The position numbers were made by a program, and so were the translations under genes. Under the pieces are notes generated by a model. The model was not told the origin of the DNA. It made no database searches and worked only from the letters and a program-made list of their open reading frames with translations. This document shows, in pieces, positions 1 to 11,579 of a stretch of 64,000 nucleotides of DNA. Every line of letters starts with the position of its first letter. Within the stretch, counting starts at the first letter, position 1. The DNA is from Lytechinus pictus (taxonomy: Eukaryota): assembly GCF_037042905.1 (NCBI RefSeq), contig NC_087246.1, positions 69,130,001 through 69,194,000 on the forward strand, written 5' to 3'.

Positions 1-678
1 GCTCTCCGGCCGCTTTTCACCAAAATTGCGGCTCATCGTAGCAGATCAATGCGACCGGAACGGCGTAACGGAAAATCTGCGAAGCTTTGGAGCGGATTTC
101 TTTCTTCTTTTTTTCTCGATAAGAAGAAAATGCTATTCCTTGGAGCGGCTTTCTTTGTTCTTTTTCTCAATAAGACAAAAATGCTATGCCTTGGAACGGA
201 AATTTGAGTGTAAAAATGGGGGTCCCCTCCGCGGCACATACCCACTATGCATTATAATACTGAGTGCCCCCCCCCCCCCGCGCGGGCTGCGCGTTTCCGT
301 TTTACACCCTGGCGAAGGCATTTTCCGCAAAAATAGCCACAAAGCGACTAGTGAAGAGTCTACACACGTCGCTGGTTGCAGCGTGCGACACAGGCGAGTC
401 CCACACCACCGCATGCAATCTGCACAGTTACTGATCAGAGCATAGAGTTCCTCGGCACTTCATGTACAGAGAGCAGTCATATGAGTGAAATCCGAACATG
501 CTTTTGCAGTAACGTTTTTTTTATGAAAAGTTATGAAAAATTATTAACTAAATGAATAGAATGACAGACAAAATAAACAGATACATATAATAGAAAGAAA
601 ATTGAAGTTTGATGGATTGATACACTTAGATGCCGAAAGATAGATAGGCCTATAGAAGACTGATAAATAGATAGAGAC

Positions 679-726
<48 letters not shown>

Positions 727-778
727 ATAGATAAAGAATGAGAGAGACAGAGAAGATAGACAAATTAACAGATAGATA

Positions 779-909
779 NNNNNNNNNNNNNNNNNNNNNN
801 NNNNNNNNNNNNNNNNNNNNNNNNNNNNNNNNNNNNNNNNNNNNNNNNNNNNNNNNNNNNNNNNNNNNNNNNNNNNNNNNNNNNNNNNNNNNNNNNNNNN
901 NNNNNNNNN
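779..909. other. Assembly gap (131 N)
   Basis: Run of N in the sequence. Confidence 1.
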
Positions 910-1351
910 AGATGTTAGATGGATAGATAGATAGATAAAGAATGAGAGAGACAGAGAAGAGCGACAAATTAACAGATCGATAGATACTGCAGTTACATAT
1001 AGATGGATAGATAGATATAAGATAGATAGATAGATTGATAGAGAGAGAGAGAACTAGAGAAAGACAGATGGATAGATAGAGAGAGAGAGACAGAATGGAT
1101 TAATAGATAGATACTGTTACATAGATAGATAGATAGATAGATAGATATATAGATAGATATATAATTTGAGAGATAGATACATAGACGGATAGAGAGAAAA
1201 AGACAGACAGATGGATAGATAGATAGAGAGAGAGATTTTGAGAGACAGCCAGACAGATGGATAGAGAGAATTCGAGAGATAGATAGACGGATAGAGAGAA
1301 ACAGAGAGAGAGAAAAAGACAGACAGCTGGATAGATAGAGAGAATTTGAGA

Positions 1352-1850
1352 TATATATATATATTGGATTTTATTGCAATAAAAACTATCAAAATACAAT
1401 CACAAGCAGTCAAAGACTGAAATAAGTGAATGTTTACATACAAATAGAATCATAACAAAATATAAAGTAAACATTATAAATAAATATCAAATACAATACA
1501 AATTCATACAGATAAAAAAGAAATGTATCATAAATAAATACAAAAGGCCAAAAGTAAAGTGTCACCAAAGAAGAAAAAAGCGGAATGAAAGATTAAGAAG
1601 AAAGAGGTGAGAGAAGGGAAAGAAATTGGGATAAGACAAAGAGAAGGGAAAGCAAGAGGTGGAATTTGAAAGAGAATAGGAGGCAACCTTCAGAAAAAAA
1701 AACTCATTATGCAATACAAGACATTTAACAATTGTAACAAGTAAATAAAGGAGTAATTGAATCGAATCGAGCACAAAAAAGGGAAAAGTAGAGCTGAGGA
1801 AATAGACTCCCGAAGGAAGTCGAGGCAGTGTTGATATTGCACATGAGTAG
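1352..1850 (-). mobile_element. Probable 3' fragment of a non-LTR retrotransposon inserted in the TAGA satellite
   Basis: A ~500-bp non-satellite block. On the minus strand it is pyrimidine-rich and ends in AATAAAATCC followed by an (AT)n tail, which is typical of LINE 3' UTRs. Family not identifiable. Confidence 0.35.
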
Positions 1851-2591
1851 ATTAATAGATGGATAGAGAGAAATAAAAGAGAGACAGATGGATAGATAGA
1901 GAATTTGAGAGATAGATGTTAGATGGATAGATAGATAGACAGATAGATAGGTAGATAGAGAATGAGAGAGACAGAGTAGATAGACAAATTAACAGATAGA
2001 TATATCATGTAGTTCCATAGATTGATTTATAAGATAGATAGTGGATAGACAGATATGATAGATATAAGGATAGATATAATATGAAAAAAGGTAATTATGT
2101 GTTTTATTTTTCAATATTTTAGCTATTATTCGTTTTCATTCATATAAACGATCATGTGCGATAAAGTAAAAAAAATCATGAAGCCAACGTATATAGTTCA
2201 GCGGAACAACCAAAATACAGAGACTGAAGCTTTTGGTCTATAAGCTCAGCTGCATTTGCACGTATGTTCTGCGGATATCTTCGGTGCGGACTTTTGGATC
2301 GCGCGCCCAGCTGATTATGTAGACAAACGTAGACGTAGACTCTTCACTAGTCGCTTTGTGGCTATTTTTCCGGAAAATGCCTTCGCCAGGGTGTAAAACG
2401 GAAACGCGCCGGTGTACTACAGTATAATTATAATTTTAACTTACCCCCGTCAAGGAGGAAAAGTGGCTCTGGAAAGAACTTTTCACAGGGGTGCTGGTTT
2501 GAATTTGACAAGCAAGAAAAAAAAGGGTTTCGCAATAAAATGAAAGTGATTTTGAATACATCCTCTCCCAAATTTCCAGGGGGTGCTGCCT

Positions 2592-2824
2592 ATTTCATAT
2601 TTCATATATTAAAATACAAAAGAAATAGTGAGCGGATGACGTCACCATCTCCTCATTTGCATACCGATCATGATGTGCATATAAATGTTTTGTAAAATAA
2701 AGCGAAACTTTAAAATATAATAACTTTTTTGTTTTACATCCGATTTTGATGAAATTTTCAGTGTTATAATTTTTGTATTTTTCTCTTTATCAAAAACAAC
2801 TTTTTGTTGGGGTGGACTTGTCCT
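2592..2824. mobile_element. Partial TTAA-targeting (Kolobok-like) MITE, one end only
   Basis: Ends in GGGGTGGACTTGTCCT|TTAA. Its internal CATCCGATTTTGATGAAATT...AAAACAACTTTTTGTTGG recurs at ~10190-10280. Confidence 0.55.
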
Positions 2825-3514
2825 TTAAGTTAAGAAGTTGACAATTTTAGACAAAAAAAAATGTGCCTTCATTGTTCATTTTGTCTTCAGATAATTTTCT
2901 TAATTTCGCTAAAGTAATAGTGCTCCCACTTTGTGGAATGCACTCTCTTCAACAATACGCATTCAAAGTCAACATTAAGACATATTTATTCTCATCATAT
3001 TTCAAATAATATCCCTCCCCCTTCTGTGTAATAAATCCTTCTGCGCCTCTGAATAGAAACTAGATTAGAATTCAACAGTAGTTATCACTGGCGTAAATCC
3101 CGGGGGGGATGGGGGGGGATATATCCCCCCACTTTTCGAGGAGGGGGGATGGCCTGTACAAACATCCCCCCCCCCCACTTTTTACGAAAGAAATGAAGAA
3201 AAAAATCACAAGAGATAATTGTTTTACTGGTGAAAATTCTTCCTGAAATACCGCTTAACCCAAATAAAACAATATTATTGAATCATAAATTGCAAATAAA
3301 GAGCCATTTCACCATTTCCAAACGAAATACTTATGTCCTTATTATAACATTGAAGAGAAACCCCCGTTTCTTCCAATTCATCAATGTTGGGGTCTTTGGA
3401 AAGGGATTAAGATGGAATGTAAAAAATGTTTGAATGTAATCTCTAATAAAACAATTAAACCATCATGGGGTAAAAAGATAATAATATTGGAGGGGTATTT
3501 GCCATATGGACATA

Positions 3515-6128
3515 CAGTGGCGTAACTACGGGGGGGGGGGGGCATGGGGGGCACATGCTCCCCCCATCGGCTGACCAAAATGGGGAAAAATAGAAAAGAG
3601 GGAGAAAGGAAGAGAAATGTAGTGGGAAAGAAGAAAATATTATTCATTATAATGTTATATTATAATTATGTTATGTTACATTACATAAGAAACATTTTTA
3701 TCATAACTTCATGAAACATAATTTGCCCAGGGCATACGTCTTCATAGTTCCTGGTGCTCGCATTGTCTGTTCCAGGCGCGTAGCCAGGGGGGGGGCGGTG
3801 GGGGCGGTCGCCCCCCCCCCCCAAAACGTCCCCAAAAAGAAAAAAAGAAGGGAAAAAAGAGAGGAGAAAAGGAAAAGCGAAGGGAAGAAAGGGAAGAAAG
3901 GTAGCTTTGTGTGTTTTTCCTTTTATTCTTTTTTTTTTCAAAAAGAGAAACTCCTTCACTCTTGCTCTAAATTTATATATATGAATTTTGCTTGCGCGCT
4001 GCGCGCGGATAAATGACAATATTGCAGTTCACCTCTGTTTCCCCCACCCTTTCTCTAACCCTGTTTTTCCACCTCAGCTATACGTGTTTCTTGCCAGTTC
4101 AAGTTCAAATGTATACATGAGGGCATGGAATTAGGGTAAGGTTAGGCCGAAGTGTATGAAGTCTTTTTTTTTCAAATTGATCGCGAAACTTCTGGTCGGG
4201 TCGACTCCAGGCGGGTCAAATCTTTATATCAATTTCTGCCGTCACCTCCACTAGGGCAACTTCTCCCGCTTTTCAGCTCATTATTTAACAACCATAATTT
4301 TGGGGCAAACGGGTTTCTAATTAAAAAAAAAGAAGGTATAAAATTCGTGTCGTATCAAATAAAAAAGTACAATATTTTTTTAATCAAATTCTAGTAAATT
4401 TCATGTCATTTCCATGCCCTGTCCTATTTTGCGCCCTCAGTTTGAAATTTTGAATGACACTTAAGTTTCTTTATCGTTAAAAATGAAGCGCTTCAAGATT
4501 AGTCAAAGACATTATACATCATCCTTTTTATATAATTTTAATAAATCACAGAAGTTTCAACTTTTTGAGCGGTATTTTCCTTGTAATGAAGTTAAATAAT
4601 ATTAGAAAATCAATTGAATTAGAACCGCTGGGTATAGAGATATCTGCATGTAATGAAACGTCCGACCTTTAAGATTTCAGAGTTTCATTGCTCTGCGCGG
4701 GGAAGAATATCTTCCTCCCGGCATATCTTCTCCTCTGTTTTGCGAGTTAAAGATATGCACTGTGGCTAAATTGTAATCAAATCTGATCTTTCCGAGGGAA
4801 GCATTCAATATGACTTAGAGAATACCATTATTTCGGGACCCTTTTCTTTGCCAAAAAAATATAAAATGCATGAGCTTCCGCGCTTCGCACGGGGTAATTA
4901 TTATTATAATTTCCTTTATTTTATCCCTTTTGTGCGTTCACAATCACTTTTGAAAACAAGATTCAAAATCACAATAGAGTCAACTGAATTGGAGCTGATA
5001 CAGGTACTAGAGACAAGATAGACGGCTCCTTTTCATTTTAATTTATGAAACACCGAAAGCTTCGCGCTTCGCGCGGGAGGGGGAAACTCCCCCTCCCTGC
5101 ACCCACCCCCACCCCCTAGGGAGCGCGCTTCGCGCGCTCTGTAAGTGTTGGCACGCTTCGCGTGCACTTACCGCCCCCTCCAAAATGAAATCCTGGCTAC
5201 GCGGTTGGTCTGTTCAACGAGATATATAATCCTGTTGTACTAAAACATCCCGTTTTCAAGTCAATATAAACTAAATATATTTCCTAGCAATTGAGTTATC
5301 ATTGTTTTATGTAGTGACATGAGCTTCTTTTACATGATTAAAAAGGTGATTGCCCCATGTTAAGGTCTTCGTATATATAAAAACATTTCCTTCCGTGAAT
5401 ACGTTCGCATTAGTGGATTGGTGAGATATGTCTGCTCTTCATGAATTCCTAAAATCAGTCCTTGAAATGTCCCTTCTTCTGATCTGAATATCAAAAATTT
5501 TCAGCTCGCGCTTCGCGCTCGCATCACTTGGTTAATGAAATACGTATGGTCCTAGTTAATTCCTACAAAGAAACCTTAGAATGCCCCACTTCAGGTCTGA
5601 CTTATCTAAATTATCTAAATTTTCAGCTCGCGCTTCACGCTCGCAATATTTGATTAGTGAGATGTGTATGATAATCATGATTGCAATGAGTACAAAAAGT
5701 GTTTCATGTGTTCAGATGTAATTCTATAATAAAATCAGCAAGCGCTTGGCACTTGCATTAGATGACTATGGTGAGATATGCATACTCTTAATGGATTCCT
5801 AAAATATATTCCTTAAAATCTCGCTGTTTGGGGTAAAAATATACGAAAATTTCAGCTCGCGCTCGCATTGTTTAGCGAGACAGGTACCTATCATGATTAC
5901 ACAAATTTGATTATAATGTCCCTTTTTAGGTGTGAATATAAACAATTCAGCTCGCGCTTCGCTTGCATTATTTGATCAGTGAGATACATATCCGTTCAAT
6001 GACATTGTCCTTAACATGTCTCTATTAGGTCAGAATAACTAGCAACCGAGCGCGCTTCGCACGCTCACTCAGTGATTCGAAAATTTTGCTGGTGCCCCCA
6101 CAATGCCGTGACCCACGGTACGCCACTG
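3515..6128. mobile_element. hAT-type MITE, middle element of the nested set
   Basis: TIRs CAGTGGCGTA / TACGCCACTG. Perfect 8-bp TSD TGGACATA (3507-3514, 6129-6136). Internal ~110-120-bp subrepeats containing TTCAGCTCGCGCTTCGC. Confidence 0.9.
3773..5207. mobile_element. hAT-type MITE, inner element of the nested set
   Basis: TIRs CAGGCGCGTAGCCAGG / CCTGGCTACGCGGTTG. Perfect 8-bp TSD GTCTGTTC (3765-3772, 5208-5215). Confidence 0.9.
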
Positions 6129-6253
6129 TGGACATATCAATTACAATTCCTTGCATATCTAAAAACATGATAACAAAAAAAAAAAGCCAAAATATTTCAG
6201 TCATCCCCCCCCCCCACCCCTCAACACGGATTTACGCCAGTGGTAGTTATTAA

Positions 6254-6821
6254 AGGAGAATGAAACTCTTGGAGCAAGTTAGCTTTTGTGAAAGCAGAAA
6301 AATCAAAGAATAAGATCAACAAAAGTTTGAGTAAAATAGGACTAGCAATAGAAGAGTTGTGAGCATTTGAATGTCGAGACCACTAATGCTATGGAGATCC
6401 TCTCATTGGCAATGCGACCAAGATCTATGATGTCACAGATGAACACCCCTCCCCTTTTGGACACTGAAAATATACCCCAAAACATCTCTTTTTGCTCATT
6501 CTAATCATATGACAAACGATTCATCAATGATATAATGTTGTGAAACCTCTGTACTTGTCCTCTCATAAAGAGAACACCTCACCTTGTGATAGACTCTATA
6601 AAAGTGAGAATATAAGTGAAATAAGTACTAAGTAATGAGGGAGTTGTACGTGTGTGACATCACAGATCTTGGTCGAATTGCCAATGGGAGTATGGCATTA
6701 GTGATCTCAATATTCAAATGCTCATAACTTTCTTATTATTCATTCAATCTTCCTCAAACTTTCAACAATATGTTTCTTTGATATGGATTCAGCTGGTTTC
6801 AAGGGTTTCATTCTCGATCCT
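6254..6821. mobile_element. TTAA-flanked (Kolobok-like) MITE with long imperfect TIRs
   Basis: TTAA|AGGAGAATGAAAC ... GTTTCATTCTC(GAT)CCT|TTAA. Internal inverted match CATTGGCAATGCGACCAAGATCT / AGATCTTGGTCGAATTGCCAATG. Confidence 0.75.
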
Positions 6822-7847
6822 TTAAATTCGCTAGTCCATGGTGTAACCAAAATGCTAGGTGAACAGCGCCATCTACTTTAGGAAGACGACCAAATTTATT
6901 GATGATCGACATGTACATGATGTAGGCACATGCCTCGGTACCATTTTTATTGTGTGAATTACCCAATAGTCATGTTAGGTTTAATTAGCGACTGTGGCAC
7001 GATGAGTTAAACGAACATGTCATACGGGAAAATTACTTTTTATAAAGTCAAGAGCAACCCCCCCCAAAAAAAAAAATCGACTGTGAGTGGCTATCATAAT
7101 AATTATCCATTATGATTGACTCCTTTCCTTTTCGTTTCCCTCGGTCATGGTCATTGGGACGACATTAATTTACTCTGGTTTAATCAAAGAACTCAGTTTC
7201 AGTAGTTACATGCAACAGAGAAACGTTCATGACACAATCATGACCATAATTCAACAAACGGTCACTATTCAAGATTCAGAAATCAGGGCCCCATCTTACA
7301 AAGAATTGCGATATAATCGAATCACTAAGTGATTCGACTACACAAACTGCGACTGATCTAAATTATTATTAGACGAGAGTTTGATTTTATATATCGATCG
7401 AAATTTGAGTTGAATTTGTATATCGCAACTATTTCTTCGGCTCTGATCCGATAGGCGAATGGTGATTGTGACGGCATTTCATAATGACCATGACTGAATA
7501 ATTTTACACTTAGCACACAGAACATTTTAATGATGAACAACAAGTATACAATAGGGAAAACAAAAAAGCTTAAGTTTTCTAAAATTATAAATTATAATGA
7601 AAAACTCTTAAGAATCCAAATATAAACATTGCAAATGGTCAAAAGGAATATTGAGGAATAAAATCTCCCGCTCTCTGTCCCTCTCACACATTCTCTTTCT
7701 GTCTTTATACATAGCTCTTTCCTCAAATGGTCATAATTTCCATTAAATCACATACACAATGGCATCATTTTTAAAAGCTCTGGGAGTTGGGCCTGATCTG
7801 CTGAGCATAGTATATAATACAAGTCATCTACTTGTTCCCAACAACAG

Positions 7848-8104
7848 TAATATTAATAATATGCAACATTTATATACCGCCAATACAAATGTTTCTAAGC
7901 GCTGCATACTATTATCCCGGCTTTAGCACGGCTATACCCTGATCGGGCGCATCGAGCATTCAAGGAACCCATTTACTACACCTGGGTCGAGAGTGGAAAT
8001 GTAGATAAACGCCTTGCCAAATGACGCTAGTGCTGTGGTTGGATTTGAACCCCGGACCTTGTGGTTCACATTCCGGAGATTTATCCACTGAGCCACAACA
8101 CCTC
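7848..8104 (-). mobile_element. tRNA-derived SINE
   Basis: The minus strand starts GAGGTGTTGTGGCTCAGTGG (A box) ... GGTTCAAATCC (B box), then a body (GGCAAGGCGTTTATCTACA...CTCGACCCAGGTG), and ends in AGCGCTTAGAAACA...TATATAAAT plus a (TAT)n-like tail of L2/CR1 type. Confidence 0.8.
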
Positions 8105-9841
8105 TACAATAGGGCTAACGGGATTTGTCTCTATAATAAATGAGTGACGCTTTTCAACATTGATCAATCCATTTGATTTTGTTTCCATTTCTTAGCCAAT
8201 GTTCTCATGATCTATTATGATTCCGTTTTATTAAACATTCTTGGGAAAAGTTTAATAAGCCTTGAAGTTTGAACCAAAAAGCCACTACATCTTCCATCTT
8301 CACCAAAGGCAAAGATATAGAGAAATAAAATGATTAAGGTTTCTTCTTGTCCCTGATTCTTTTACAATATCTGCCATAATCATTGATTTAGTGGTGGCGT
8401 CGTGGTTGACGAAATTAAATTGTGATTGATAGTTTGACTGGAAAGTGATAGTAAACTGTTCTCAGGATAATTATTGATTAATTATTTTGTTAAGCTGTCT
8501 TAAGTTTTGATAATATAGGACTATCATTTCAATTTTTAAATCCTATATGGATTTGTGTAATGATGCCCATTTCATTTCATTTCATTTCATGAAATTGAAA
8601 TTTAGAAAACTTTTTTTTATCGAGTCTTGTGTAAAAAAATATTTGGCCGTTACATACAGTGTTAGATACAGCCCATCTCTCTACATTCATCAAGTCTTTA
8701 TCTCATTCCATGCTTCGATTGTGTAACATTTTATGTTAGACATTCCAATTATAAATTTGACACGGCTTTACTAGATATGTTTAAGGGTAGACCACAATCA
8801 TGTAGGTCCTATATACATGAGAGATGTGGGCTATCTATCACAACTCGATAAAACGGGGCAGCAGAAACAACAACAACAACAATAAATGAGCCCCTTCTCA
8901 TTTTGGTAGAAGTACGAGGGGGTTTATAGAATAAAAGGACCAGTCATTCTATATGAAGGGGTTGGGGTGGGGGTATTTGAAGAAAAATCGAAATAATGTT
9001 GAATTGAATTAACATTAATTTGGTAATTGGAGCTAACGTAATAGCAAGATGCTAATCGAGGTTAGCCCAATATAATGTCATTATCATGGTTTAAACAATA
9101 ACTTTAACTAAATCACAATAAAATCCAGTACTAATCCTACTTACTCAGACAATTGCGATCATTTTTAGCGAACATAATGGCCTACACTATTTACAGGAAA
9201 AAATATCTTAATTATACACAAAAATCTTTTTTTTTTTTGTTCAGAATTATTTGTTTTCAGGCAGTACTTACCATACCAAATTAATTATAATCTTCAAGTA
9301 GCATTAGTTTTAACGATTTGCTAAATATCTGGCGACTGGGGTTGTTTCTAATGTGACTCCCGTTAGCCTAATTAAAAATAAAGTCAAGTTTAAGAATGTT
9401 ATTGCAGGGTAGATAAAGGTTCACAACCTTCGATAATGCATGTCTGTCAATCAACCAGTCTCACAAAGCAAAACATGAATGAAGATATATAGGCAATACA
9501 AACATACATTAGCACTAATGATACCACCGTTGTTGGGGAGCTATACACCTACGATAGTGAGGCGAGATCCGGGCTTTGCGAGCCTGACTGACAGACTTGA
9601 TTGGCATTCCGAAAACAATAGAGGTGTTCAACCTCGTCGCAGATCATTGGTGGAAGAAGAGCCGCTATAACTTCCAATATTAGGAATAAGTTGGCTAGAC
9701 CCAGTAGGCCTACGTACACGACATAAACCATAATTACAACCCTTGTTTCTCATCGAGATAACAGCATTCACCTAATTGTAGGCCTGCTCTTTTTAGTATA
9801 GGCCTAATATGTCGTTTTCGTGATTGTAAAACAATCTATCT

Positions 9842-10086
9842 CACTGGCGGATCCAGGGGGGGGGGGGGCACAGCCAGCCCGTGCTCCCCCTTTTGAGAAG
9901 CAACATTAAAATAAATGCTTGTCCAAATATTTGCGGGGACGAAATATCATTAATTTTTGGTGAAAACCATTTTTTTTGCTTGTAAACATAAATATCAATT
10001 TTTTGTTAAAAAACTTTTTTTTGGCTTGTCAATTTTTTCCTCAGAAAAATGTGCCCCCCTTTTGGAAAATCCTGGATCCGCCCCTG
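9842..10086. mobile_element. Short hAT-type MITE
   Basis: TIRs CACTGGCGGATCCAGG / CCTGGATCCGCCCCTG. 8-bp TSD ATCTATCT / ATCTATAT (7/8 match). Confidence 0.8.
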
Positions 10087-10289
10087 ATCTATATGATATT
10101 AGGGCATATGCTAAAATATATATTCTACTTCTCGTACGTATTAAAACCCAACCTCCCTACGGAGATTTTGTGAAATTAAAACTGTAGAATGTCATAACTT
10201 CCTTACTTTTCATCCGATTTTGATGAAATTATAGGTCATGCTTTTTTTTATTCTTCTTATTCAAAACAACTTTTTGTTGGACATTGAGG

Positions 10290-11494
10290 TTCGAGCCGGG
10301 TTCGAGCCTGGTCAGGTTTTTCGGATGGTGACGATGAAGGTCGGTCCGAAATAAATAATCTAGCTGAGGCTGTGTAGAAAGAGCGGAAAGGGTGGGATCC
10401 TCCCATCACCCCTCCCATCTGAGCTCCATTTATAATGCCGGTTAATTTACGTCTGCCTGAATTATCGGCCTCGACGTTTAATATACAAAAAAAAAAATCA
10501 GAGCAGAATACCCCTACAAGTTTCACCCCACTCCCCCATCCTCCTCTCCCCCTCATCTCGCGTGGTTTCTGTTTCAAAGTAATTTCTGCGAGCGATGCCC
10601 CCCTTTTCAGGGGGAAATGTAAACAAACGACTTCGTGTGTGCCATGTGTGTATATGCATGGAGATATAACACAGAGCACAGTGAACTGTGTGTTCTGGTT
10701 CTCAATGGAACACTGGCAGTGTTTTGTGTACCTCAGAAATCGCTCGATCGCTTTACGCGTACATGTACTGTACATATCGCAGTTTTCTCGCTGCATAACT
10801 GCGATAAACTGAACGAAGTGTCGTCGAATTCCGACAGTTTCCGACTGTCACATTATCATTGTATCAATTTGATTGCACACTGAGGAGTCCTGTCTTCGGA
10901 TTTTTACAGTTTCGGGAGCTAGGAACACCTTGTCAGAGAGAATTAAGGATAAAACACACCATTTCAACTGATGCCAGCTCCGGCACCAGGCCAGGTGTAG
11001 CTTCGTAGCACTCAGCTCTACGTACGCTCCGTAGTTCGCGATCGTAGCCTCCGCCGCTTTCTCTCTGTATGCATGCATTGCATGGCGGAGTTAGGATTGT
11101 ATATGAAGATCCCATGAGCGACTTGCTGTGATTTACGGGCACTAAACATCGATGTATGTATTTCTGCATATTTGCACAGATCCTATCTTACTCAAAAAGT
11201 TACAAAGACAGGATTACGTACAGGATAATGTAAGATTACCATCGAGGTTGTTTATTCAGTGATATTCTCCCACTTTCCATCTTTTACGGCGTTGTGACGG
11301 AGCTCCTCCATTTCGTAAAAACGAAGGAACTGTGTAAAACCCTAACATCTTGCATTCGCTCTTCCATCGCCGTAGCAGCCGTGGTTCACGGAGGAGAGTT
11401 TGAAAACTGGGTCAGGCATTTTCTGCAGACGTTGGTTTGTAATAGGATTGAATTTGCAGACATTTTTACTTGACGTCAAACTGTGAAACTCAAA
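10290..11494 (+). promoter_or_regulatory. Probable promoter / long 5' UTR of the signal-peptide gene
   Basis: A repeat-free, relatively CpG-rich ~1.2-kb block directly upstream of the ATG, with a full CRE (TGACGTCA) at 11471-11478. TSS not determinable. Confidence 0.4.
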
Positions 11495-11579
11495 ATGGGG
11501 TATTTGGTGCCAATACATCTTCTTGTAACCCTCGTCTTGGTATCTGGAACGGTCTCAACGGATAAAGATGTGGAGACAG
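11495..11579 (+). CDS. First coding exon of an unidentified secreted or type-I membrane protein (MGYLVPIHLLVTLVLVSGTVSTDKDVET+G)
   Basis: Good start context CAAAATGG. Hydrophobic signal-peptide core followed by small residues. The 85-nt exon ends at a consensus donor ACAG|GTAAGT (phase 1). Too short for the supplied ORF track. Confidence 0.7.

Larger units (their letters stand above)
600..2080. repeat. Degenerate (TAGA)n/(GA)n microsatellite-minisatellite region, interrupted by a gap and an insertion
   Basis: Runs of GATA/TAGA, with a higher-order unit AGAATGAGAGAGACAGAG..GACAAATTAACAGAT at ~735, ~939 and ~1958. Confidence 0.9.
289..2409. mobile_element. Non-autonomous TIR element with ~75-bp terminal inverted repeats enclosing a TAGA/GATA-rich satellite
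   Basis: 289-363 (GCGCGTTTCCGTTTTACACCCTGG...GAAGAGTCTAC) is the reverse complement of 2335-2409 with one mismatch. No ORF inside. No clear TSD, so the superfamily is not assigned. Confidence 0.8.
3086..6242. mobile_element. hAT-type MITE, outer element of the nested set
   Basis: TIRs CACTGGCGTAAATCC / GGATTTACGCCAGTG. Perfect 8-bp TSD GTAGTTAT (3078-3085, 6243-6250). Confidence 0.9.

Noticed and set aside
1-282. Probable right end of another repeat (…TACTGAGTG followed by a poly-C tract)
   Set aside because: The partner end lies outside the window, so TIR and TSD cannot be verified.
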